A stretch of DNA of 19,427 nt from Candidatus Fraserbacteria bacterium. Its GTDB lineage: Bacteria > Bipolaricaulota > Bipolaricaulia > RBG-16-55-9 > JANLFV01. Below the pieces are notes generated by a model. The model did no database searches. It was not told where the DNA came from and saw only the letters and a list, made by a program, of their open reading frames with translations. The stretch covers positions 5,375 through 24,801 of the forward strand of contig JBBIJD010000020.1 of the NCBI GenBank assembly GCA_037446135.1, given 5' to 3'. The position numbers and the translations under genes are program-made. Shown here piece after piece: positions 7,712 through 15,386 of this stretch; within the stretch, counting starts at the first letter, position 1, and every line of letters begins with the position of its first letter.

Positions 7712-10147
7712 TCAGACGAGCGCCTGGACCTTCTTCCGGAAGGTGATCCTCCCATCCTGGAGATCGATCTCGATCCGGTCACCCCGCCCGAACTCCCCCT
7801 CGAGGATCTTGTCCGAGATGGCGTTCTCCACCAGCCGCTCAATCGTCCTCCTCAGGGGGCGGGCCCCATACTTCGGGTCATAGCCCTCCTTCACTAGGAA
7901 GTCCCGGGCCGTGGATGTGACCTCGATCTCGATCTTCCTCTCACGCAGCCTCTCCCGGAGCTCCTTAATCATCAGGTCGGCGATGGCATAGACCTCCTCC
8001 CGGGAGAGTTGGTGGAAGACGATCACATCGTCCAGCCGGTTGAGGAACTCCGGGCGGAAGGTCTCCTTGACCTCCCCCATCACCTTGGCCTTCATCTCCT
8101 GGTAGGAGAGGCCGGCCGGGGTCTCCTCAGTCCCGAAGCCGAGGGCCGCCCGGTCGGTGATCAGCTTGCTCCCTAGGTTGCTGGTCATGATCAAGACAGT
8201 GTTGCGGAAGTCGACCCTCCGCCCCTGGCTGTCAGTGAGGACCCCGTCGTCCATCACCTGGAGGAGAATATTGAAGACATCGCGGTGGGCCTTCTCGATC
8301 TCATCGAAGAGGATCACGGAATAGGGCCGATGCCTGACGGCCTCGGTCAGCTCCCCGGCCTCTTCGTAGCCGACATAGCCTGGAGGGGCCCCGATGAGGC
8401 GGGAGACGGCGAACCGCTCCATATACTCGGACATATCGATCCTGATCAGCGCCTCCTCGTCTCCGAAGAGGAACTCTGCCAGGACCTTGGCAAGGTAGGT
8501 CTTCCCCACACCGGTCGGGCCGAGGAAGAGGAATGAGGCGATCGGTCTCTTGGGGTCCTTTACCCCGGCGTAGGCCCGCCTTATGGCCCGTGCCACCGCC
8601 TCCACCGCCTCCTTCTGGTCTACATACTTCTCGTGGATCTTCTCCTCCATGTAGATCACGCGCTTAGATTCTTCTTCGGTCATGTGCCCGACGGGGACAC
8701 CGGTCCAGGTGGAGACCATCTGGGCGATATCCAGCTCCGTGACCACGCCCTCATACTCCTGGAACTCCGCCTCGAGGAGCTTCAACTCCTCGAGGAGGCT
8801 CCGCCGGCGGTCACGCAAGAGGGCCGCGCGCTCGTAATCCTGCTGGGAGACCGCGATCTTCTCCTCCTCCATCACCTCGCTCAATTCGGCCTTGAGCTTC
8901 CTGATCTCCGGTGAGGGGGCCACGCTCGCCAGCTTGACCTTGGCGGCCGTCTCGTCGATCAGGTCGATCGCCTTGTCCGGGAGGAAGTGGTCGGTGATGT
9001 AGCGATCGGAGAGCTTGGCCGCAGCGGCGAGGGCCTCATCGGTGATCTTCACGCCATGATGCTCTTCGTATCTAGGCCGGAGGCCTCTGAGGATCTGGAT
9101 CGTCTCAGCCACGGTCGGCTCGTCGATGTAGATCTTCTTGAATCGCCGCTCCAGGGCCGAGTCCCGCTCCACATACTTCCGATATTCGTCGGGTGTGGCC
9201 GTCCCAATGCATTGGATCAGGCCGCTCGCCAGCGGCGGCTTTAAGATAGCGGAGGCATCGAGAGCCCCTTCGGCCCCTCCGGCCCCGACGACGGTGTGGA
9301 GCTCGTCGATGAACAAGATGACATTCCCGGCTTCGATCACCTGATTGATCAGGGTCTTTAGCCGCTGCTCGAACTCCCCGCGGTATTTCGTCCCGGCGAC
9401 CATCGAGGCCATGTCCAGCTCGACGATCTCTTTGTCCTGGAGGACGAGTGGGACATCCCCAGCGGCGATCTTCTGGGCCAGGCCCTCGACGATCGCCGTC
9501 TTCCCTACACCCGGCTCGCCGATGAGCGCGGGATTGTTCTTCTTCCGCCGGGAGAGAGTTTGGATGATCTGGTCGATCTCCACATCCCGACCGATCACTG
9601 GGTCGAGGCGCCCGGCCCGGGCCTCCTCGACCAAGCTCCGCCCGAACTCGAATCCTTTCCAGCGCCGCTCCTCCCGCCCGAGCCGGGCGGCCACCATCCC
9701 CCGCTCGCCCATCGCCAGGAGGGAGTGGACCTTCAGCGCATCGACCCCATAGCGGTGGAGGATCTGGGCCGCGAAACCTTGCCCCTCCTCCAGGATCGCG
9801 AGGAGGAGGTGCTCCGGGCCGATCAGGCCCTGCCCCTCCCCGCGGGCCTCCTCATAGGCAATATTGATGACCTGTTTCAGTTGGGCGTTCGGCTTGAGCT
9901 CTCGCGAGGATGAGGAGAGGCCGCTCCGCCCTCTCCCGAGCTGGGCCTCCAACTCCCGCGCGACCTGGAGGTAGGTCAGCCCGCTCCGCTCGAGAAACTT
10001 ATTGGCCGCCGTCCCACGGACCTTGAGCAGGGCGAGCAGAAGGTGCTCCACCCCAACATAGCCGTGCCGCCAAGCGCTCGCCTCGTCATAGGTGACTGCC
10101 ATGATCTCCTGGGCCGGTCGGGAGAACCGATTATACATCTCTTGCAT
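7712..10147 (-). CDS. clpC: ATP-dependent Clp protease ATPase subunit ClpC
   Basis: Two Clp-N repeats (EHLLLAL, EHLLLAI), GEPGVGKT, FIDELH, LERRF, FLPDKAIDLIDE, UVR-type middle domain (QDYERAALLRD), GPTGVGKT, FDEIEKAH, ClpP-docking LGF loop and YGARPLRR. Confidence 0.95.
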   Translation of the reverse strand: MQEMYNRFSRPAQEIMAVTYDEASAWRHGYVGVEHLLLALLKVRGTAANKFLERSGLTYLQVARELEAQLGRGRSGLSSSSRELKPNAQLKQVINIAYEEARGEGQGLIGPEHLLLAILEEGQGFAAQILHRYGVDALKVHSLLAMGERGMVAARLGREERRWKGFEFGRSLVEEARAGRLDPVIGRDVEIDQIIQTLSRRKKNNPALIGEPGVGKTAIVEGLAQKIAAGDVPLVLQDKEIVELDMASMVAGTKYRGEFEQRLKTLINQVIEAGNVILFIDELHTVVGAGGAEGALDASAILKPPLASGLIQCIGTATPDEYRKYVERDSALERRFKKIYIDEPTVAETIQILRGLRPRYEEHHGVKITDEALAAAAKLSDRYITDHFLPDKAIDLIDETAAKVKLASVAPSPEIRKLKAELSEVMEEEKIAVSQQDYERAALLRDRRRSLLEELKLLEAEFQEYEGVVTELDIAQMVSTWTGVPVGHMTEEESKRVIYMEEKIHEKYVDQKEAVEAVARAIRRAYAGVKDPKRPIASFLFLGPTGVGKTYLAKVLAEFLFGDEEALIRIDMSEYMERFAVSRLIGAPPGYVGYEEAGELTEAVRHRPYSVILFDEIEKAHRDVFNILLQVMDDGVLTDSQGRRVDFRNTVLIMTSNLGSKLITDRAALGFGTEETPAGLSYQEMKAKVMGEVKETFRPEFLNRLDDVIVFHQLSREEVYAIADLMIKELRERLRERKIEIEVTSTARDFLVKEGYDPKYGARPLRRTIERLVENAISDKILEGEFGRGDRIEIDLQDGRITFRKKVQALV

Positions 10148-10180
10148 CAGCTCACACCTCCGCGAGGACCATCACCGAAC

Positions 10181-10209
10181 ATTATAGGAATCCTTTGCTC
10201 AATTGTCAA
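10181..10209 (-). promoter_or_regulatory. Consensus sigma70 promoter for clpC-radA-disA-punA
   Basis: TTGACA (10209-10204), 17-nt spacer, TATAAT (10186-10181), an exact consensus. SD GGAGGT precedes the clpC ATG. Confidence 0.88.
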
Positions 10210-10814
10210 CCGGCTTCCTCGCGATTGACCTCGTTCATCACCGCCAAAATCCCGCGCTCATAGAAGAGGTCGATCGCCCCGGCCACCCGCGCGAGGACGA
10301 CCTCGAGCCGGGCCAGCTCCCCCGGGGTGAGGCGGCCCAGGACATAGGGGACGAGATCACCCTGGAGGCCCTCCCGGCCGATCCCGATTCGGAGCCGCGG
10401 GATCTCCTCTGTCCCCAGCTCGGCGATGATCGAGGCCAGCCCGCCGTGGCCGCCTGAGCCGCCACGCGCGCGGGCCCGCAGCCTTCCCAAAGGGAGACGC
10501 ACATCATCGCAGATGACGAGGCAATCGCTCACTTCCAGGGGGAAGCGAGCGAGGAGCTCCCTTACTGCCAGGCCGCTCCGGTTCATATAGGTGAGCGGCT
10601 TGACCAGGAGGAGGTCTTCCCTCGGACGATAGACCAGGGCCTGGTCGACTTTTCGGGCGTGAAAGAGAGTCCACTCGCTCCACCAGCGGCGGAACCAACC
10701 CTGGCCTACTGGGCGGAGCCCTGCCAGGTAGCGGTCGATCGCGAGGAACCCGAGGTTATGCCTGGTCCAATGATATCGCGGCCCGGGATTCCCTAGGCCG
10801 AAGATCGCCTTCAC
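10206..10814 (-). CDS. pth: Peptidyl-tRNA hydrolase
   Basis: Motifs GLGNPG, TRHNLGF, KPLTYMNRSG, GGSGGHGGL and RLRIGIGR. GTG start overlaps the rplY stop (GTGA). Confidence 0.95.
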   Translation of the reverse strand: MKAIFGLGNPGPRYHWTRHNLGFLAIDRYLAGLRPVGQGWFRRWWSEWTLFHARKVDQALVYRPREDLLLVKPLTYMNRSGLAVRELLARFPLEVSDCLVICDDVRLPLGRLRARARGGSGGHGGLASIIAELGTEEIPRLRIGIGREGLQGDLVPYVLGRLTPGELARLEVVLARVAGAIDLFYERGILAVMNEVNREEAG

Positions 10815-11452
10815 GAGCCTTCTTTTTCTTCCTCAGGCTGGGCCGCTTCACCCTCCTGGGGGGCCGGGGCCGCTGCCTCCGCGGCCGGGGCCTCAGCTAC
10901 GGCCTCAACTGTCACCTCGCGCCGCGGGACCTTCACCGTAGCGAGCGGCGTCTCCGGCGGAGTGAGGACCTTCACCCCTTCAAGAGGGGGCAGGTCGCGG
11001 ACACGGAGGGTCTCGCCCAGCCCGAGGCCGCTCACATCGACCTCGAGCTTCTCCGGGATCTGCTCAGGGAGGCCGCGGACGCGGATGGCCGTCTGGAGCC
11101 GACGGAGGACCCCACCCAGCCTCCTCCCTTGGGGGTCGCCGCGGAGGAGGAGCGGGACCTCTAGAGTGACCTCCTGCTCCGGACTGGGGAGATAGAAGTC
11201 GATATGGATGACCCTATCAGTTAAGGGGTGATATTGGATCTCCTTGATGAATGCGTCCCACTCCTCCCCGTCGAGGGCTAGCTTGATTCGCGAGCTCCGG
11301 GTGATCTGGCCTAGGAGCCGCTCCAGCTCCCTCTGTTGGACCTGGATCAGGCGGTGGACTCCCTGGCCGTAGACCACACCAGGGATCAGACCCTGCCGGC
11401 GGAGGGCTCGTGGATTCCCCTTGCCCCGCGGCGCTGCTCCTAACTTATACAT
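10811..11452 (-). CDS. rplY: 50S ribosomal protein bL25 / general stress protein Ctc (long form)
   Basis: RALRRQGLIPGVVYG, IKEIQYHPLTDRVIHIDF, IPEKLEVDVSGL and an Ala/Glu-rich tail. SD GAGGAGG. Canonical prs-rplY-pth order. Confidence 0.95.
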   Translation of the reverse strand: MYKLGAAPRGKGNPRALRRQGLIPGVVYGQGVHRLIQVQQRELERLLGQITRSSRIKLALDGEEWDAFIKEIQYHPLTDRVIHIDFYLPSPEQEVTLEVPLLLRGDPQGRRLGGVLRRLQTAIRVRGLPEQIPEKLEVDVSGLGLGETLRVRDLPPLEGVKVLTPPETPLATVKVPRREVTVEAVAEAPAAEAAAPAPQEGEAAQPEEEKEGS

Positions 11453-11463
11453 CTTAACCTCCT

Positions 11464-12417
11464 CTAAAGATGCGGAAAGACTTCACTGACGGAGCGGTTC
11501 TCATGGATCCGCAAGATGACTGAAGCCATGAGCTCCCCCACTGAGATTCGCTCTATTATACCAACCCCGTCCTTCGGCGGGGGGATGGAGTTGGTCACGA
11601 CGATCTTCCGGATCGGGGAGGCGCGGAGCCGCTCGAGCGCATTCCCGGCGAAGACCCCATGGGTGAAGGCGGCGTAGATCTCCTTAACCCCCGCCCGCTC
11701 GAGGAGCCCGACCGTCTCCAGGACCGTCGCCCCAGTAGAGATAATGTCATCGATGATGATCGCCCGCCTCCTGCGGACCTCCCCGATGATATTGAGGCTC
11801 TCCACCCGTTCACTCGTCACCCGCCGCTTCTCGATGATTACCAGGGGCAGATCCAGCCCCTCAGCGATCGCCCTCGCCCGCTTCACCGCTCCGAGGTCCG
11901 GGGAGACGATCACCGTCTCCTCGTCAGCCAGCCCCTCCTTCCGGAAGTAGGAGATGAAGATCGGATCGATCATCAGGTTATCTACAGGTATATCGAAGAA
12001 GCCCTGGATCTGACCGGCGTGGAGATCGAGCGTGAGGACCCGATTCGCCCCGGCGGCCTCGATGAGGTTGGCGACAAGCTTGGCGGTAATGGGGACCCGG
12101 CCTATATGTTTCCTATCCTGCCTGGCATAGCCGTAGTAGGGGATCACGGCCGTGATCCGCCCGGCCGAGGCCCGCTTCAGCGCATCGATCATGATCAAGA
12201 GCTCCATCAGGTTCTCATTCACCGGCGGACAGGTCGGTTGAATGACGAAGGCATCGGCCCCGCGGACATTCTCCTCGATGTGGACAAAGATCTCCCCATC
12301 GGGGAAGCGGCTTACCCCGACCGCACAGAGGGTGGTCCCCAGGCAGCTAGCGATCTCCTCCGCCAGTTCGGGATTGGCGTTCCCTCCGAGGAGCTTCAGC
12401 TCTGGATCGTTCATCAC
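11464..12417 (-). CDS. prs: Ribose-phosphate pyrophosphokinase
   Basis: Motifs FPDGE, NENLMELLIMIDALKRASA, PYYGYARQDRK, DLHAGQIQGFF, VSPDLG and IDDIISTGAT. Start is GTG 12417 or ATG 12414, overlapping the glmU stop. Confidence 0.96.
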   Translation of the reverse strand: MMNDPELKLLGGNANPELAEEIASCLGTTLCAVGVSRFPDGEIFVHIEENVRGADAFVIQPTCPPVNENLMELLIMIDALKRASAGRITAVIPYYGYARQDRKHIGRVPITAKLVANLIEAAGANRVLTLDLHAGQIQGFFDIPVDNLMIDPIFISYFRKEGLADEETVIVSPDLGAVKRARAIAEGLDLPLVIIEKRRVTSERVESLNIIGEVRRRRAIIIDDIISTGATVLETVGLLERAGVKEIYAAFTHGVFAGNALERLRASPIRKIVVTNSIPPPKDGVGIIERISVGELMASVILRIHENRSVSEVFPHL

Positions 12418-13379
12418 TCCTCCTCTTTAAAAAGGATGATGCTCCACTCGATCCGGCACCCCTCACCGATCTCGAACCCCCTGACGCAGGAGTTCGCGAT
12501 CACCGCCCCCTCGCCGATCCGGCTCCCTCCACCAATGGTCGAGCCCGGCCCGATCCGGGCATCCCGCGCGATAGAAGCGGTCATCTCGATGAGCACCGTC
12601 TCCGGAGCCACGACCGTCGCGCCAGCGGCCAGGACCTCGGCCAACTTCCGCTGCCGGAGGATTCCCTCGGCCTGGACCAGCTCCTCACGGGAATTGATCC
12701 CGAGTAAGGGCTCACTCTCCCTCACCAAGAGCGCTCGGACCGGCTCGCCTCTCTCGCGATAGAGCCTGACAACATCGGGGAGATAATACTCGCTTTGGGC
12801 ATTGGCGGCCTCTAGCTCCGCCAGCGCCTCCCAGAAGAGCCCCTCATTCCGGACGAGATAGATCCCGCTATTCACCTCCCGAATCATCAGCTCCTCCTCC
12901 CTGGCATCTTGATCCTCGACGACCCTGAGGACCTCGCCCTCAGCGCCGCGGACAATCCTCCCGTAGCCCCGCGGGTCCGCTAACTCCATGGTCAGGAGGG
13001 AGAGCCTCCCCCCATGGGCTCGATGGAAGGCTAGGAACTCCTCGAGCAGTTCCGCCTGGAGAAGGGGGAGGTCCCCCGGGAGGATGAGGATCTCCCCGCC
13101 CTGGCCCTCGAGGAGAGGGCGGGCCTGGAGGGCCGCATGGCCGGTCCCGAGCTGCTCCCGTTGCTCGACGAAGACCAACCCCCTGCCGCCGAACCGCTCC
13201 CGCACCTCCTCCCCGCGATGGCCAATTACTACCACGGTCCGCGCGGCCCCTAGTGGGGCGACCGCTTCTAGGATGTAATCTAGAATCGGGCGGCCACAGA
13301 GCTCGTGGAGGACCTTGGGCCGCGAGGAGCGCATCCGCTTCCCCTTCCCGGCGGCCAGGATCAGGAGGCTCAAGCTCAT
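12414..13379 (-). CDS. glmU: GlmU-like GlcNAc-1-P uridyltransferase with a truncated left-handed beta-helix (acetyltransferase) domain
   Basis: Motifs LAAGKGKRMRSSRPKVLH, QLGTGHA, GDLPLL, GYGRIVR, EVNSGIY, NAQSEYYLPD and GINSR. Only a few hexapeptide repeats follow before the stop at 321 aa. Upstream of prs as usual. Confidence 0.88.
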   Translation of the reverse strand: MSLSLLILAAGKGKRMRSSRPKVLHELCGRPILDYILEAVAPLGAARTVVVIGHRGEEVRERFGGRGLVFVEQREQLGTGHAALQARPLLEGQGGEILILPGDLPLLQAELLEEFLAFHRAHGGRLSLLTMELADPRGYGRIVRGAEGEVLRVVEDQDAREEELMIREVNSGIYLVRNEGLFWEALAELEAANAQSEYYLPDVVRLYRERGEPVRALLVRESEPLLGINSREELVQAEGILRQRKLAEVLAAGATVVAPETVLIEMTASIARDARIGPGSTIGGGSRIGEGAVIANSCVRGFEIGEGCRIEWSIILFKEEE

Positions 13380-13388
13380 GGCAAGTGA

Positions 13389-13417
13389 ATGCTATTAAAT
13401 CCCCTGCCGAATGTCAA
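13389..13417 (-). promoter_or_regulatory. sigma70-type promoter for glmU-prs-rplY-pth (probably leaderless)
   Basis: TTGACA (13417-13412), 17-nt spacer, TAGCAT (13394-13389). Only 9 nt separate the -10 box from the glmU ATG, and there is no SD. Confidence 0.7.
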
Positions 13418-13439
13418 ATCCCCCCTCAAAGAGGCCGGC

Positions 13440-13468
13440 TTGACTCTGGAGATGGGCGAGATTATCAT
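13440..13468 (+). promoter_or_regulatory. sigma70-type promoter for yraN-comM-bamA-skp (divergent from glmU)
   Basis: TTGACT (13440-13445), 17-nt spacer, TATCAT (13463-13468), 14 nt before the yraN GTG. Confidence 0.7.
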
Positions 13469-13482
13469 TTTAGTGTATTGGG

Positions 13483-13830
13483 GTGGCATATCGAGGTCGA
13501 GGCGAAGAGGGCGAGACGAGGGCCTTGGAGTTCCTCAAGACCCAAGGGTATCAGATCGTCGCGCGGAACTACCGCTGGCAGGGCGGGGAGATCGATATCA
13601 TCGCCCGTGACGGTGACTCTTTAGCCTTCATCGAGGTCAAGGCCCGGAGTGATGAGGAGTTCGCCCCCGCGGAGGAGGCCCTCACCCCATGGAAGCGGGA
13701 GCGCCTGATCCGGACGGCTCAACATTACATCGCACATCATCAACCGAAGGTCCCCCTCCGCTTCGATGTTGTGGCGATCGTGGGAGAGGAGGTCCGGCTC
13801 TATAAGGACGCTTTCAGGCCGGAGGAGTAA
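13483..13830 (+). CDS. yraN: YraN (UPF0102) PD-(D/E)xK family endonuclease
   Basis: GEEGE..A..FL, GYQIVARNYR, GEIDIIA, FIEVKAR and RFDVVAI. Confidence 0.93.
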   Translation: MAYRGRGEEGETRALEFLKTQGYQIVARNYRWQGGEIDIIARDGDSLAFIEVKARSDEEFAPAEEALTPWKRERLIRTAQHYIAHHQPKVPLRFDVVAIVGEEVRLYKDAFRPEE

Positions 13831-13838
13831 AAAAGGAG

Positions 13839-15386
13839 ATGTTCGCCAAGGCGATCAGTGGGGCACTGCTCGGACTGGAGGCCTCCCTTATCGAAGTCCA
13901 GTGCGATGTAGCAAGAGGGCTCCCCAGCTTTATCATCGTCGGCCTCCCGGAGAAGGAGGTCCAGGAGAGCCGAGAGCGGATCCGGAGTGCGATCAACAAC
14001 TGCGGCTATGAGTTCCCAACCCGGAGGATCACCATTAACCTCGCCCCGGCCGATGTCCCCAAAGAGGGGGTCGGGCTTGACCTCCCCCTGGCGCTGACGA
14101 TCCTCCAGGCCACGGGCCAGCTCGAGATGGAGCGGCTCGACGACTACCTCTTCTTAGGGGAGCTCTCCCTCGACGGGCGGGTCCGGCCGGTAAAGGGGGT
14201 CCTCCCGATCGCCCTCGCCGCCCAAACGGCCGGAGTGAAGCGCCTTCTCCTCCCGGCGGAGAACGCCCTCGAGGCGGCCCTGATCGAGGGGTTGGAGGTC
14301 TTCCCCTTGACCAGCCTCCAGGAGGCGATCGCCTTCCTCAGGGGTGAGCTGGCGATCAAGCCCTTCGACTTCGACCGTGAGGGCTATTTCAAGAGGGAGG
14401 AGCTGCCCGGCCCGGACTTCAGCGAGATCCACGGCCAGGAGCAGGCCAAGCGGGCCCTGGAGATCGCCGCCGCTGGGGGCCACAATGTCCTGATGATCGG
14501 CCCGCCTGGGGCGGGGAAGTCGATGCTCGCCCGACGGCTCCCCTCGATCCTCCCACGGCTCTCACTGAAAGAGGCCCTGGAGGTGAGCCGGATCTACAGC
14601 GTCATGGGCCTCCTCTCGCCCGAGCGGCCACTCGTCCGTGAGAGGCCCTTCCGCTCCCCGCACCATACAATTTCTTACGCCGGGATGGTCGGGGGCGGCC
14701 ACGGCTTCCCCAAGCCGGGTGAGATCAGCCTGGCCCACCATGGGGTCCTCTTCCTCGACGAGCTCCCCGAGTTCAGCCGGGATGTGCTCGAGGCCCTCCG
14801 CCAGCCCCTCGAAGATCGCCAGATCACCATCTCCCGGGCTGTGACAGCCGTGACCTTCCCCGCAAACTTCACCTTGATCGCGGCAATGAACCCCTGTGCC
14901 TGCACCAGGCGGGATGCAAAGGGGAATTGCATCTGCACCCCGCAAGAGGTCCGCAGCTACTGGCGGAAACTCTCCGGCCCGTTCCTCGACCGGATCGACA
15001 TCTTCATCGAGGTCCCGCGCTTGACAAAGGAGGAGCTAATGGGTAAACCTACTGGAGAGCCTTCGGCGGTGATCCGCGTGCGGGTGGAGCGGGCACGCCA
15101 GATCCAGCGGGAACGGTTCGCCGGGTTAGGGATCTTCACCAACGCCCAGATGGGGGTGAAGGAGATCAAGGCCTTCTGTCGGCTGACCGAGGCCGGGGAG
15201 GCCCTCCTGGCGAGCGCGATCGACCGGTTCGCCCTCTCCGCCCGGGCCTATCATCGGATCCTCAAGGTCGCCCGGACGATCGCGGACCTCGAGGGGGCCG
15301 AGACGATCCGCGAGGAGCACCTAGCGGAGGCGATCCAGTATCGCAGCTCGGAGGAGAGCGCGCTGGAAGGAGGAAGATGGATGTGA
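13839..15386 (+). CDS. comM: ComM/YifB Mg-chelatase-like AAA+ ATPase (branch-migration helicase)
   Basis: VGLPEKEVQESRERIRSA, ITINLAPAD, GELSLDG, GPPGAGKSMLA, RPFRSPHHT, PGEISLAHHGVLFLDELPEF, AAMNPCAC and LSARAYHRILKVARTIADL. Confidence 0.94.
   Translation: MFAKAISGALLGLEASLIEVQCDVARGLPSFIIVGLPEKEVQESRERIRSAINNCGYEFPTRRITINLAPADVPKEGVGLDLPLALTILQATGQLEMERLDDYLFLGELSLDGRVRPVKGVLPIALAAQTAGVKRLLLPAENALEAALIEGLEVFPLTSLQEAIAFLRGELAIKPFDFDREGYFKREELPGPDFSEIHGQEQAKRALEIAAAGGHNVLMIGPPGAGKSMLARRLPSILPRLSLKEALEVSRIYSVMGLLSPERPLVRERPFRSPHHTISYAGMVGGGHGFPKPGEISLAHHGVLFLDELPEFSRDVLEALRQPLEDRQITISRAVTAVTFPANFTLIAAMNPCACTRRDAKGNCICTPQEVRSYWRKLSGPFLDRIDIFIEVPRLTKEELMGKPTGEPSAVIRVRVERARQIQRERFAGLGIFTNAQMGVKEIKAFCRLTEAGEALLASAIDRFALSARAYHRILKVARTIADLEGAETIREEHLAEAIQYRSSEESALEGGRWM

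Noticed and set aside
11659..12762. 367-aa + strand ORF opposite prs/glmU
   Set aside because: Entirely antisense to two well-supported genes, with composition typical of a reverse-frame shadow.
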